Below, piece by piece: positions 9,558-19,411 of a stretch of DNA of 64,000 nt. How positions within the stretch are numbered: position 1 is the first letter of the stretch; every line of letters begins with the position of its first letter. The notes under the pieces are model-generated. The model did no database searches. It was not told the origin of the DNA and saw nothing but the letters and a program-made list of their open reading frames with translations. Made by a program: the position numbers and the translations under genes. The stretch lies in sequence record NC_061451.1; one strand, given 5' to 3'.

Positions 9558-11234
9558 TTACAGACTCAGACTGGTGGAGGTGCTGCCTGATGGGTTGATG
9601 TTGAAACGATAGATCAGACGCTTAGTGGTACGCGTCGGGTCAAGAACAATATCCAGAATCAGGTCGCCATTAGCGATTGTCTGATTGGTGTTGTTCGTAT
9701 CGTCACACACAACTTGATAGCCACGAGAACCAGAGCTACCACCACGCAAGCCACGAGCCAGTTTGATCTCTTCGAGGAACTTCTCGACCATCGCTTTAAG
9801 CTGCTCACGCAACACGTTATCGTTGGGATCAAACAGGCCAGTACGCGCTGAACGAGAACACACTTCAAGCACATAGCCAACCATACGCTGAATCTGAATC
9901 TGCTGGAAGGCAGAACTCTGATTGTACAGCGTACTCGCTTCCCACACTGCAAAGCCACCGCCACTAATATCAGGCAGCTTGCGGATGTAGTTGACCTGCT
10001 CACGGGTCAGCGCATCACGGTCGTCCTGATCATACTTCTGAGTAAGAGCAAGAATGTTCAGTGGACTTGATGCAGTGATACCAGCAGGTGCGAACCAGCT
10101 ACCGCGATTGTTATCAGTGTACGCGAACACAGCACAGATCTGACCAACACAAGCCACCAGCAAGTAGCGACCAGTGTCTTCGTCGAAGATCTTAATGTCA
10201 GGTGTATACAGTGCCATATTGGTATCGTTCAGGTTCAGCGTCTGGCGGCGATAACGAATCGCTTTAGATACTGACTGCTCCGAAGTAGGAATACCACAGA
10301 TAACAAAGCAGTTGATGTGGGCAGCAGCGGCAGCTTTCATGCCACGATGCACGATGTAGTCCTGGATAGGGCTAAGCAGCAACGTAACGCGAATCTCTTC
10401 AGGGTCACCGAAGTAATCCTGATAAGCAGCAGCCAGCTGGTCGGAGGTAACAGTATCACCGTCAGCACCACCTTTGAAGAAGATGAAGTCTGAGCCGAAG
10501 AAACTGATATCCGTAGTGAAGTACGGGTTACGGATGAAACGATAGTTGGAGCTTTCGTTTTCCATAACTGTATCAAGGCGGTACTGACGATCAAACTCAT
10601 CGGAGTAATCGTACAGGCTTGCCTGATAGCTGTTTACAGGGTTAGACCCGTTGATGTAGTTCTCGTACTCGTCGATGTAGAACAGTTTGCTGTTATACTT
10701 CGTACGGTCGTCAAACGCAGACAGGCCTTTAGGCACGGCAGAACGAATCTGGAGCGCCATGTTGTTGTTCCAGTCACCTGGGTTTTCCAGACAGATGTAG
10801 CCGATGATGTTATCATTCAGCGGGTCAGTCGGCAGGAAGCCCAATTGAGCTGGGTCGTCAACGCCAACAACGTTACCGTCTGCGTCAGTGTATGGAGTTA
10901 CACGAACAACAGGCTGCAATGCAGTTGGGTCGTCAACAGTCAGCACACCAACAGCATACTTGGCGTTCTTAGTGATACGCACATAGGTAAGCTGGTTGGT
11001 TTGCTCTGAAACAGGAAGAGCCAGATACAGGCCTAGACCGTATTTTGGATCTTTGGAACCGAAAGTGTTTTTCAACACGTCTTTACTGCGAACAGAAACA
11101 CGCTGGTTAACAGGGCCACGAGAAGCCTGTCCAACGATGCCTACTACTGCTGTAGATAAAGACGTTGCACCAACGGAGAGATCCTTGACACCAGTGTAGA
11201 CACCAGCAGAGGGATGCGTTGAGTTAACGGGCAT
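9558..11234 (-). CDS. Contractile tail sheath protein
   Basis: 558 aa; N-terminal PGVY-like (SAGVYT) and GQASRGP; C-terminal WFAPAG, VNYIR, VCDDTNNT..TIA.G.L, typical of sheath C-terminal domains. Confidence 0.92.
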   Translation of the reverse strand: MPVNSTHPSAGVYTGVKDLSVGATSLSTAVVGIVGQASRGPVNQRVSVRSKDVLKNTFGSKDPKYGLGLYLALPVSEQTNQLTYVRITKNAKYAVGVLTVDDPTALQPVVRVTPYTDADGNVVGVDDPAQLGFLPTDPLNDNIIGYICLENPGDWNNNMALQIRSAVPKGLSAFDDRTKYNSKLFYIDEYENYINGSNPVNSYQASLYDYSDEFDRQYRLDTVMENESSNYRFIRNPYFTTDISFFGSDFIFFKGGADGDTVTSDQLAAAYQDYFGDPEEIRVTLLLSPIQDYIVHRGMKAAAAAHINCFVICGIPTSEQSVSKAIRYRRQTLNLNDTNMALYTPDIKIFDEDTGRYLLVACVGQICAVFAYTDNNRGSWFAPAGITASSPLNILALTQKYDQDDRDALTREQVNYIRKLPDISGGGFAVWEASTLYNQSSAFQQIQIQRMVGYVLEVCSRSARTGLFDPNDNVLREQLKAMVEKFLEEIKLARGLRGGSSGSRGYQVVCDDTNNTNQTIANGDLILDIVLDPTRTTKRLIYRFNINPSGSTSTSLSL

Positions 11235-11260
11235 GATTTATCTCCTTTTAAGACTGGTAG

Positions 11261-11268
11261 AAATTATC
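11261..11268 (-). promoter_or_regulatory. Putative late promoter (GATAATTT)
   Basis: 27 nt upstream of the sheath ATG; the same motif recurs before other structural genes. Confidence 0.55.
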
Positions 11269-11288
11269 GTCAATTAGGAGATAAATGC

Positions 11289-11314
11289 AAAAAGGGCAGC
11301 CGAAGCCACCCTTT
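11289..11314 (-). terminator. Intrinsic terminator with UUCG loop
   Basis: GGGTGGC-TTCG-GCTGCCC-TTTTT. Confidence 0.85.
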
Positions 11315-11317
11315 AGG

Positions 11318-12397
11318 TTAACATGCACAGCTTGCTTGTTCGTGATCGAATTTGACATTCAGATCAATGGTCGGATAAGCAGCCACAAACTCTTCCAGAC
11401 TTACGTTAAAGCCTGCGGCATTCGCATGACCATCACCGCCATGCAGACGCGCTGTATGTTTCGCAGAACCCGACTCAGCACCTGTTTTGAAATAACCACT
11501 ACGCACTGAAATATACACACGGTCTTTGTTCTCACCGCCGAGACGCGGCATAATAACTGTGTGGAAGCGATTGTGGTTTTCGTAGACGTAGGCAGCGAGT
11601 TGAGAACCGATACCACGACCAGCAGGAACAACAACGTGAGGTCCGTGACAGATCTCATTAGCTTCTGAGAAGAACGCGTGTTCATTCAAATGCTCTTGGA
11701 ACTTCTGCTCACGGTTTTCAGCACGTTTCTGGCCCAGAGTAATGATCTGCTCAATGTCACCGTGAACCAGAACATCGATAGCACGTTCAACAGTGCTTGG
11801 CGTGCTCACGTACAACACACCGTGCGGTTCCACCTTCTTAAACGTTTCCGGTGCGTGACCGTCGTAGAAGAAGAACGCACGTTTGTTCTGGCGCTGCCAC
11901 GTATCGTAATCAGACACCAACTGAGCCATGCGAATGACGTTGTTAGCGCTACGACCAGATAGCGACTGGAAGCGAGAGATATGATGGAAGTAGGCAAGCA
12001 GTGCACCACTACCACCAGCAGTGAAAGTAAGCTGTAGAGGCTGTGCACCAATGCGGCGACACTCTTCGGCATACAGTTCATGCGAACGGCAGTTGTGGTG
12101 GTCAAGCACAACAAAGTTGGCTTGATAGCGCTGCGTCAACACAGCCATCTGGCGTTCGGTCAATGAGAAGTCAACGATGATGATCTCTTTGTACAGAGCG
12201 TCAACGTCTTTGTCTGATTGTCGAACTCCTACCATGTCTTCGATAGCTGTACCATCAGCAAGAGCAATAGGTGCATTGTCTTTTGCGTAATGGGCAGGCA
12301 GGTAATGGATGTCGTCAGTCGAACGCGCTAGTGCGGTGATGGCTGCTGCGAAAGAACCATCCGCACATCCTTGATGATAAATCACAAGTGTAGTCAT
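11318..12397 (-). CDS. DHH/DHHA1-family phosphoesterase
   Basis: YH..CADG, IVDFS, LDHH, D.DTW and C-terminal GGDGHANAAGF. Confidence 0.9.
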   Translation of the reverse strand: MTTLVIYHQGCADGSFAAAITALARSTDDIHYLPAHYAKDNAPIALADGTAIEDMVGVRQSDKDVDALYKEIIIVDFSLTERQMAVLTQRYQANFVVLDHHNCRSHELYAEECRRIGAQPLQLTFTAGGSGALLAYFHHISRFQSLSGRSANNVIRMAQLVSDYDTWQRQNKRAFFFYDGHAPETFKKVEPHGVLYVSTPSTVERAIDVLVHGDIEQIITLGQKRAENREQKFQEHLNEHAFFSEANEICHGPHVVVPAGRGIGSQLAAYVYENHNRFHTVIMPRLGGENKDRVYISVRSGYFKTGAESGSAKHTARLHGGDGHANAAGFNVSLEEFVAAYPTIDLNVKFDHEQASCAC

Positions 12398-12400
12398 TGC

Positions 12401-13246
12401 TTATGCCCAATGAGTAAAGGAAGATTGTTCAGGCGGGTTGGTGATTTTGTTCACCATTTCCTGAAGGCCCGCAATTGTTGCGTCTAAGCCCATCTGGTAC
12501 TGCTTATGTGCAGTATCAAGACCGTACCGCATTGCCACACAGTACAACTGCCATTCGTCAGAGGACTGGAGCATGGCAATCTTTTTGCGGTAAGCATCAC
12601 GCTTCTGGCGAGCACGCAACAGACGCTGCATCAAATTAAGATTTGAGACAATTCCAGTCAGCTTCTCTAACAACTGCTCCAGACCTTCGAGGTCATCAAC
12701 CATCAACTTGAGTTTAGCATCAAGGAAGATTGCTTGACGCTCCGCGCGTTGATCTACGGAGAGATTGCGGCAGCGGTCTGGATGAGTCAGCTTAGCGATC
12801 TTGCGATAGACCTGCTTGCATTTGATTTGCAGTAGTGTCGCTTCGACTTCACCTGCATTCATACCATCTCTGGTAGCTTCGTCGTCATCTTCTACGACAA
12901 AGTTTTCTTCCATCTCTTTGCGCAGTTCTTCCGCAGCCAGCTTGTCTTCCAGATCATCTGATTCATCCAGATTGATTTGGTGCGCTTCAAGGATAGCAGT
13001 CAGACGGTTTACTTCCGCGATACGATCACGGTTAAACTCGTTCAGCTTGTTGATGCAGTTCGTGCAGCGGTCGCGGTCAGCAGTGAAGCGAAGTTCAAGA
13101 GCATCGGCTTCGGCCTTGACGTCTTCGAGAGTTTCGTCAGCTTCTGCCTGTTCGAATGCCTGTTGATCTTCGTACTCTGCCAGCTCAGTAGAACCGTGAA
13201 CAATCAGGCCGTGTTCAGCCACAACAACCAGTTCAGTTCCTGTCAT
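12401..13246 (-). CDS. Coiled-coil protein with a DnaJ-type J-domain
   Basis: YRKIAKLTHPDR (HPD motif); likely start ATG 13246 in an ATGA overlap with the upstream stop. Confidence 0.75.
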   Translation of the reverse strand: MTGTELVVVAEHGLIVHGSTELAEYEDQQAFEQAEADETLEDVKAEADALELRFTADRDRCTNCINKLNEFNRDRIAEVNRLTAILEAHQINLDESDDLEDKLAAEELRKEMEENFVVEDDDEATRDGMNAGEVEATLLQIKCKQVYRKIAKLTHPDRCRNLSVDQRAERQAIFLDAKLKLMVDDLEGLEQLLEKLTGIVSNLNLMQRLLRARQKRDAYRKKIAMLQSSDEWQLYCVAMRYGLDTAHKQYQMGLDATIAGLQEMVNKITNPPEQSSFTHWA

Positions 13247-13437
13247 GGGCGAGTAAGCTCCGAGATAGGTTTGGCTAAGAGTTCTGTAATGCGTGCCGGG
13301 CACTCAGGGTTACGCTTCAAGTTCTTGTGCAACCACTGCAAGTTACCGCCTGACGCAGATACTTCGCTACGGAACGCAGGAAGTTTCAGTACAGCGCCGT
13401 GCTTGTTCAGCAACGCATTCAGTTCTTTCAGTAACAT
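13243..13437 (-). CDS. Hypothetical protein (64 aa)
   Basis: AAGGA RBS; ATGA coupling to the next gene. Confidence 0.7.
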   Translation of the reverse strand: MLLKELNALLNKHGAVLKLPAFRSEVSASGGNLQWLHKNLKRNPECPARITELLAKPISELTRP

Positions 13438-13446
13438 CGTTTATCC

Positions 13447-14079
13447 TTAAAGAGATGAGGTCATTAAATCGAGAAGGTTTGAGACTACATGAGCAGGACC
13501 AATTGAGATACCCGCTTGCACGGGCAGATGAACACGACGAGTAAACAACTCCATCGGGTCTGGGCCACCGCCAGTCACTACGATACGAGGTATCTTTGGA
13601 AACATCTCAAGGATATCACGCAGTCTTTCAATTTTATAGCTGGTGCTGTCTATCGTCACGTTCGATATGATCAGCATTGACGGTCGCTTGCTTTTGAGTT
13701 GTTCATAGTCGAAGCGATCACCATACAGCGTAACCCAACGCGGCTTCAAGGCTGTTGTCTCTGAATCTTCAACAGCCGCATGGAAGATAGATAACGCCGC
13801 CATCTTCGCACGGTAGTCTGACGGGAAGCTACTGATAACCGTGATGCGTGGGTCAAGGCCAAACGGACTTTCAATCATCTTTGCAAGATGCGTCATCTGC
13901 TTGGTCTTTGAAAAAATCTTGCCTTTAAAGTAAGGCGACATTGGCTTAAAATCTTGTGAGGCTTCGACCACATCGAATGTCTCACGTTTGCCGAAAAGAA
14001 GCTGAGGGTCAACTCCCAGCGTCTGCATCTGCTTTGCTACTGCGGGTTCAAAGTCAAAAGTTAACACAATACCCTCCAT
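13447..14079 (-). CDS. Degenerate DnaC/IstB-like AAA+ protein (putative helicase loader)
   Basis: Strand/helix pattern MLIISNV..DST.YKIERLRDILE..PKIPRIVVT resembles DnaC; Walker A and B are not canonical. Confidence 0.45.
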   Translation of the reverse strand: MEGIVLTFDFEPAVAKQMQTLGVDPQLLFGKRETFDVVEASQDFKPMSPYFKGKIFSKTKQMTHLAKMIESPFGLDPRITVISSFPSDYRAKMAALSIFHAAVEDSETTALKPRWVTLYGDRFDYEQLKSKRPSMLIISNVTIDSTSYKIERLRDILEMFPKIPRIVVTGGGPDPMELFTRRVHLPVQAGISIGPAHVVSNLLDLMTSSL

Positions 14080-14095
14080 TGTTCTTATCGGGTAT

Positions 14096-14452
14096 TTACA
14101 GTTTCTGCGGCACACGCTGCCATACGGCGAACTTCACGTTCAATGCGCATTCTTCAAGCTCAGCCTCACGTCTAGGCTCGTACTTAGGTGCGTATTGCTG
14201 TAGGTGCACAGGACGCTCTACTGAGGCAAGACTGAATACACGTATCGGGTTCGTCACCTGAGAGTACGAATAGTCTTCAATGATAACGAGATTTTCGATG
14301 CGGAGAACACCAGAAACTTCAAACACTTCAGGCAAGGTGCTGGGTTCGATTACTGTCCCCATAACCTTTTCTTGATAGTCAACAAGTGCCTTAATTAAAG
14401 CACGACCAACACTAGTAGACAGTGTAAGATTATACTCTGTGCGGAATTCCAT
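14096..14452 (-). CDS. Hypothetical protein
   Basis: 118 aa; GAGGAG RBS; packed in an operon. Confidence 0.75.
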   Translation of the reverse strand: MEFRTEYNLTLSTSVGRALIKALVDYQEKVMGTVIEPSTLPEVFEVSGVLRIENLVIIEDYSYSQVTNPIRVFSLASVERPVHLQQYAPKYEPRREAELEECALNVKFAVWQRVPQKL

Positions 14453-14468
14453 GGTGTTCTCCTCAGTA

Positions 14469-14849
14469 TTACATCAGCGCCAGAGTCGGGTCGACGTAGG
14501 TGTATTGAAACACTACGTTCCAGCCCGATGGCGTGTTTCTGTTTGGGTGATAGCGATAGCCATACACCATGATAATGCCTTTCACTTTGTCTGGGTCTTC
14601 GAGAGTAGGATTGTATTCAACGTAAGACGGTTCCAGTTTGAGTGCGTCGGCGATATTGATTGCCCAGTCGTCTAAGTCGTAAGGACTGTCCGGCACTGGC
14701 CATGAATACGAATACTTAGGCCAGTGCTCAGCCTGCATATCGGTATCTTTTGAAATCCAATCCAGATGGCGGTAACCCATACGAAGGGCGACAGCATGAA
14801 TCAGGCCTCGGTTGTTCATGTAGCTTTGAAGCTGCTTGACAGTAAGCAT
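14469..14849 (-). CDS. Hypothetical protein
   Basis: 126 aa; GGAG RBS. Confidence 0.75.
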   Translation of the reverse strand: MLTVKQLQSYMNNRGLIHAVALRMGYRHLDWISKDTDMQAEHWPKYSYSWPVPDSPYDLDDWAINIADALKLEPSYVEYNPTLEDPDKVKGIIMVYGYRYHPNRNTPSGWNVVFQYTYVDPTLALM

Positions 14850-14867
14850 GGAAGTTCTCCATCAGGT

Positions 14868-14895
14868 AAAAGACAACAGGCACCGAAGTGCCCGT
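14868..14895 (-). terminator. Intrinsic terminator with UUCG loop
   Basis: GGCAC-TTCG-GTGCC followed by TGTTGTCTTTT. Confidence 0.65.
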
Positions 14896-14920
14896 CAGAA
14901 TCTCAGCGAGATGGCTTAAA

Positions 14921-15391
14921 TTACTTACTAAGTCCGCGCAGCAGGATAGTTGCTGTTTTAACGAATTGCTTGCGCTTATCGTCAGGCAGTTTGGCATACT
15001 CACGCAGCAGGTCCTGCACTTCTTTTTCGTTCCCGACGTAACTATCAGTACCGCGATCACCTTCGATACCATCAATGCCTTTCAGCACATTGGTCTTAGT
15101 GACACGCATCTTGAAGGTAGCGCGAACAACATCACAGGCACGCGTCCTATCAGGAGTGGTGCTGATAGTGGAAATGTCGTAGATTGCCTGCACAGAAAAA
15201 CCTTCAGGATAAGCAGCGAACACTTCTGCCAGATCGATATGAGCCATGTTATTAGGAGCTGGAATTTTAGCTTCCATACTAACAGTGAACGTCTCGCCGT
15301 CTTCGGTACTGTTGTTACCATCGAAGGCGATTTTACCATCCTGTCGCATAGTGTATGCAATCAGTTGATACAGTGGATCAACTAAACTCAT
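14921..15391 (-). CDS. Hypothetical protein
   Basis: 156 aa; translationally coupled to the helicase. Confidence 0.75.
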   Translation of the reverse strand: MSLVDPLYQLIAYTMRQDGKIAFDGNNSTEDGETFTVSMEAKIPAPNNMAHIDLAEVFAAYPEGFSVQAIYDISTISTTPDRTRACDVVRATFKMRVTKTNVLKGIDGIEGDRGTDSYVGNEKEVQDLLREYAKLPDDKRKQFVKTATILLRGLSK

Positions 15392-16992
15392 CAGAATCTC
15401 CTCATGCCCAAGTTGGACGGTTGTCCTTTAACAGGGGCTTCTGGTTCAAAAAAGTCAGGCAGTTCAGCATCGAGCGCTTCTCCTCTCGATATGACTCCCA
15501 TCCAGTTACGCAGTTTCTTCGGCGTGCGTTTGGCTTTCGCATAACCAAACTTCCAACAGAACTTCAATACACCCCGCGCGAAGCCCATCGACTTCTCCAT
15601 CTTAGGATCGATGAAGACACGAATCACAGGCGTGCGCTTGTTATCCATCGGCGTAAGAATACGACACGACTCCTGTTTCCAGTTCGGTTCGTTGTTCATC
15701 GGCATGATGTAATACAACGTATCCCAACGAGGAACGTTCAGGCCGCGCTGCATCAGCTTACGCATACCTACCACACAACGAATCTTACCAGCACGCGCAT
15801 CATCGATAATCGGCTTACGGCGCTTCGCTTCTTTAGCTCCGCCTAAGAACACAGCCGCCACTTCTTCCATGTAGTGTTCGTTGATACGCTGCACAAGCCG
15901 TCGTGCCTGATCGGTAAAGTTGATTGGGATAGCAAGAGAGCGACCCGCATCAAGATCTCGAATAATCCACTCAAAGATCTTATCGTTACGATCAGGGTGG
16001 TTGGCAAGGAACTTACAGAAGTTCGTCCAACCCGCTTTGCCTGTGAACTTGTTGTTGCTTTGCACCTTCTTCGACGTTTTATGAATCGTCACTTTAGGCA
16101 CAAGCTCCTCAACAAACGCTTCGGCAATCACAGGACCGAAGATTGATTCAATCAAATAGTGACGACCGTCTTTACGCTTCGGCGTTGCTGTCAGACCAAA
16201 TCGATACTTCATTTTAAGAGACGCCAGCACACGGCTGTAACAGCTTGCGTTACCAGCATGGCACTCATCGACAAACAGCGTACCGTAGTTCTCGTTCAAC
16301 AACTTGAGTCGCTTCTTCGAGTTCTTACTGTCGCTAATCAATGACTGATAGGTCACCAGAATGATCTGGAAGTTCTTATAGTCATCGAGTGTCTTTGGAA
16401 AACCATACAACTTCTTGCCGTACTTTTCTTCAAGCTCAGGCAAGTTCGTCATCTGCTGGATAGTCTCTAAGAAACCATCAAGGAAGTCTTTCTGGTCAGC
16501 CATGATAACTGTACGGAAACCCGAATGACATGCACCCGCAGTACCGATAACAGTCTTACCAGAACGTGGAGGTGCTTTGAACACACCACACAGTTCATCG
16601 AACATATCCGCGAACGGTTGCTCTTGGTACTCACGCAGCTTACCTGTGAACTTCACTTTATAATCGTACGGCACACGACTCGTACCGTTAACGAACTTCA
16701 CCTCGCTCAGACTAAGACCAGCAGTCTTTTCGAAGCGGTGCATCTCACCGTACGGGATCGAAACGTAGCGCTTACCCTTAATCTCAGAGTATTTGGCAAG
16801 GACGGTAATATCAATCAGGCCACCACGAGAACACGAACGGCATTCTTCTGATGGTCGAATTGAACGAAACTCACAGCCCTTACACGCAGCATTATCGAAC
16901 TCGTAGTGAGTCATCTTCTTTATGATGTTATCGGCATCAACGGCCTTAACAGGAATGTGCAGACGACTATCGACCAGTACTTTTGCGGTCAC
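15391..16992 (-). CDS. Superfamily 2 DExH helicase (UvsW-like) with N-terminal Cys cluster
   Basis: LREYQ Q-motif, APPRSGKT Walker A, VDECH, GLTATPKR, RGLNVP; CKGC...CRSC. Confidence 0.9.
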   Translation of the reverse strand: MTAKVLVDSRLHIPVKAVDADNIIKKMTHYEFDNAACKGCEFRSIRPSEECRSCSRGGLIDITVLAKYSEIKGKRYVSIPYGEMHRFEKTAGLSLSEVKFVNGTSRVPYDYKVKFTGKLREYQEQPFADMFDELCGVFKAPPRSGKTVIGTAGACHSGFRTVIMADQKDFLDGFLETIQQMTNLPELEEKYGKKLYGFPKTLDDYKNFQIILVTYQSLISDSKNSKKRLKLLNENYGTLFVDECHAGNASCYSRVLASLKMKYRFGLTATPKRKDGRHYLIESIFGPVIAEAFVEELVPKVTIHKTSKKVQSNNKFTGKAGWTNFCKFLANHPDRNDKIFEWIIRDLDAGRSLAIPINFTDQARRLVQRINEHYMEEVAAVFLGGAKEAKRRKPIIDDARAGKIRCVVGMRKLMQRGLNVPRWDTLYYIMPMNNEPNWKQESCRILTPMDNKRTPVIRVFIDPKMEKSMGFARGVLKFCWKFGYAKAKRTPKKLRNWMGVISRGEALDAELPDFFEPEAPVKGQPSNLGMRRF

Positions 16993-16994
16993 AT

Positions 16995-17543
16995 CTATTT
17001 CCTTGAGTTCGGTAGACCGTACTCACGCTGATTGATGATGTTCAGAGTATCGACAAGCGCACGATAAGCAAACCCGCACTTGTCAATGTCCTTGATATAG
17101 AGGTCAAGCTCTGCGACCACCGTTTCGAGATTATCAGCGTAGCGGTAGTATTCCACCATTACGTTTCTGACACAGCGCTCACGTTCTTTCGCAGCACCTA
17201 CGGCTTTCAAGTCTTTGGCATACGTAACCGAAGCATAATCTTGAAAACGTTCCAGCATATCATTTAACAGTTTTGAGGCTGAATGAATGGTGGTCAGTAT
17301 CTCGGTCATGCGGCTACGATAAGCCTGGTCTTGAATTATCGACTCAGCCACTTTGCTTAGCGCGTTAGTATCAGAGATATTCAACGTTCTGATCTTACGC
17401 ATCTTAAACAGTTTGCGAGCTTCTTCTTGGTACTCAGCCAGAGGCAACTGGAACAAGTCGTTGGTTTTGAAAATGTCGCGGACTTTTTTGTAGCGCTTAT
17501 CGTCCTTAATCTTTAGGCGAATGCGTTTTAGATCGTCCATCAA
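16995..17543 (-). CDS. Helical protein, possibly a UvsY-like recombination mediator
   Basis: 182 aa, all-alpha, next to the UvsW-like helicase; assignment mainly from context. Confidence 0.4.
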   Translation of the reverse strand: MMDDLKRIRLKIKDDKRYKKVRDIFKTNDLFQLPLAEYQEEARKLFKMRKIRTLNISDTNALSKVAESIIQDQAYRSRMTEILTTIHSASKLLNDMLERFQDYASVTYAKDLKAVGAAKERERCVRNVMVEYYRYADNLETVVAELDLYIKDIDKCGFAYRALVDTLNIINQREYGLPNSRK

Positions 17544-17974
17544 TCACCTTTATCAGTAACGAGCAGCGGACTTTCAGGTGTCTTGTGCGGCATAGCAAAG
17601 AAGCTGCCGTGATCATCACGATACACGAGCAAGCCACCAGACGGACCTTCAGTCGGGCATGTAAAGTTAAACAAACGTTCAAGCGGAGGCATGTAGCCTA
17701 CAGACACAGCATTGAACGTACACCACTTGGCAGATACTTCAATCAGTGAACCGACAACTGTTTCAGCGAGGCGCAGATACGATTGACGGAAGTGATAGCT
17801 GTGCTCGATTGGAGACGCGCTATCAATCACTAACTCATTGCCGTACACTGCTTTATAGATCAGGCAGAAGCGACGGCGACCACGAGGTGCATTCGGTATT
17901 TCATACAGCACATCATGTATGATGGAAGAAACGTCCCCAACGAGAACGTTTCTTTTGACAGCAAGGCTGATCAT
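17540..17974 (-). CDS. Hypothetical protein
   Basis: 144 aa; overlapping start/stop with both neighbours. Confidence 0.7.
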   Translation of the reverse strand: MISLAVKRNVLVGDVSSIIHDVLYEIPNAPRGRRRFCLIYKAVYGNELVIDSASPIEHSYHFRQSYLRLAETVVGSLIEVSAKWCTFNAVSVGYMPPLERLFNFTCPTEGPSGGLLVYRDDHGSFFAMPHKTPESPLLVTDKGD

Positions 17975-19149
17975 TGAGGCAGATAACCGAAGTACAACAG
18001 GCTGTGCGTGTCGAACTTGTAGTTAAGGCTGAACGCCGTTAACTTGTTGATGTTCGCACCGTGGAAACCCATCGCGTGTTTTTCTTCGCGTCCGATAGAC
18101 TTCAACAGCTCACGCATGATACGCAGATCGAGGTGCGTGCTCAGTTCGCGTTCAACAGGCTTGGCCAGTGACATACTGTCCTGCACGTTACCTGCATCAG
18201 TACCAAACTTGAACTTGATCTCTTTCTTCTTCAAGATGATCTTTGCACTGGTGTTACCCTTCTTCTCAATCAACGTCGAGATGTTGGTGAACGGTGCAGA
18301 CAGGTCACCTTTGACAACAACGCCAATCAACGGCTTGCCGAGTTGCACCAGCATGTTATCCATGTAACGGTAATCTTCATCACTTGCCTGAATCGGAGGC
18401 AGCGTCAAAACGAATGAATCAGACTCAGCAGCAAACGAACTACTGTCAACGTGGAACGTTACCTTCTCTTCACCACAGAAGCGGTAAACGAGGTCGAACA
18501 TCGCACCTGTCAGACTGAAACGGAACGGCTCTGCTTTCTTTTTCAGATCGCAAGTATAACGAGAAGACGTCCAGTGACCCGGACTTTGAATCTTCATCGA
18601 TTTACCATCACACACAACACGACAGATAATGGTCTGGTTAGTGATCGTATCTTTCATGCTAGTCAGACGCACACCCTGAGTCATTGCGTCGATTACTTCA
18701 CGCGACATAGGATGACCGCCGGAGATGTGGTGCTTGAGACCCTGCTCAACCATCGGGATCTGTTCGTCAGACAGAGGACGGATTTTGAAATCAGCTTTGT
18801 ACTTACCGTTCTGCTCTGCGATAGCAACTTGCTTACCATCAAACGTCAAGGTCAATTCTTTACGCTTGGTGATCAGACCGTTCAGGCTGTTCGGGTCGAT
18901 GTTGAACACCGTATCAGTGTCAGCAGTTGCGCCAGGTACCTGATAAGCAACGAACGTATCAGGTGTACGGCCCAGAACGAAAACATCCGACTTGTAGGTT
19001 ACGATCAGATGGATGTGCGTCAGCTTATCATCTGATTCAGAGAAACGAGTAACGCTATCAACACGCTTTAAAATGTCAGACAACAACGTGCCTGTAAGCG
19101 TAATGTTGCAGGACTTTGATGGTTTTTTAGGAAGTCGGCAGGTCTTCAT
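17971..19149 (-). CDS. Sliding clamp, DNA polymerase III beta-like
   Basis: 392 aa with three ~125-aa alpha/beta repeats like DnaN; near the polymerase; DnaX is present in the same window. Confidence 0.55.
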   Translation of the reverse strand: MKTCRLPKKPSKSCNITLTGTLLSDILKRVDSVTRFSESDDKLTHIHLIVTYKSDVFVLGRTPDTFVAYQVPGATADTDTVFNIDPNSLNGLITKRKELTLTFDGKQVAIAEQNGKYKADFKIRPLSDEQIPMVEQGLKHHISGGHPMSREVIDAMTQGVRLTSMKDTITNQTIICRVVCDGKSMKIQSPGHWTSSRYTCDLKKKAEPFRFSLTGAMFDLVYRFCGEEKVTFHVDSSSFAAESDSFVLTLPPIQASDEDYRYMDNMLVQLGKPLIGVVVKGDLSAPFTNISTLIEKKGNTSAKIILKKKEIKFKFGTDAGNVQDSMSLAKPVERELSTHLDLRIMRELLKSIGREEKHAMGFHGANINKLTAFSLNYKFDTHSLLYFGYLPQ

Positions 19150-19411
19150 TTTTGTCCTCTAAAACAAATTGGAGAATACCCTCAATGTTTACAGCTTTCA
19201 GTTGCTGTCCTGTCTGCATCAACAGACCATTGAGCACGCCGAGTAAATCAGCGCTGTGGCAATTGGGTGCAATCTGATGAACGAAAATATCGTCAGGGAT
19301 ATCACCAGGATTAAGCTGCCAAGCAGTACGCAAGGCAGCTCCCATGAATGACGGTCGTTCCACCAGTTGCTTGTTCAGAAACGAACAAACATCTTCGGCG
19401 CTCAACATCAT
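19127..19411 (-). CDS. Hypothetical protein
   Basis: 94 aa; coupled to the polymerase stop. Confidence 0.7.
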   Translation of the reverse strand: MMLSAEDVCSFLNKQLVERPSFMGAALRTAWQLNPGDIPDDIFVHQIAPNCHSADLLGVLNGLLMQTGQQLKAVNIEGILQFVLEDKNEDLPTS

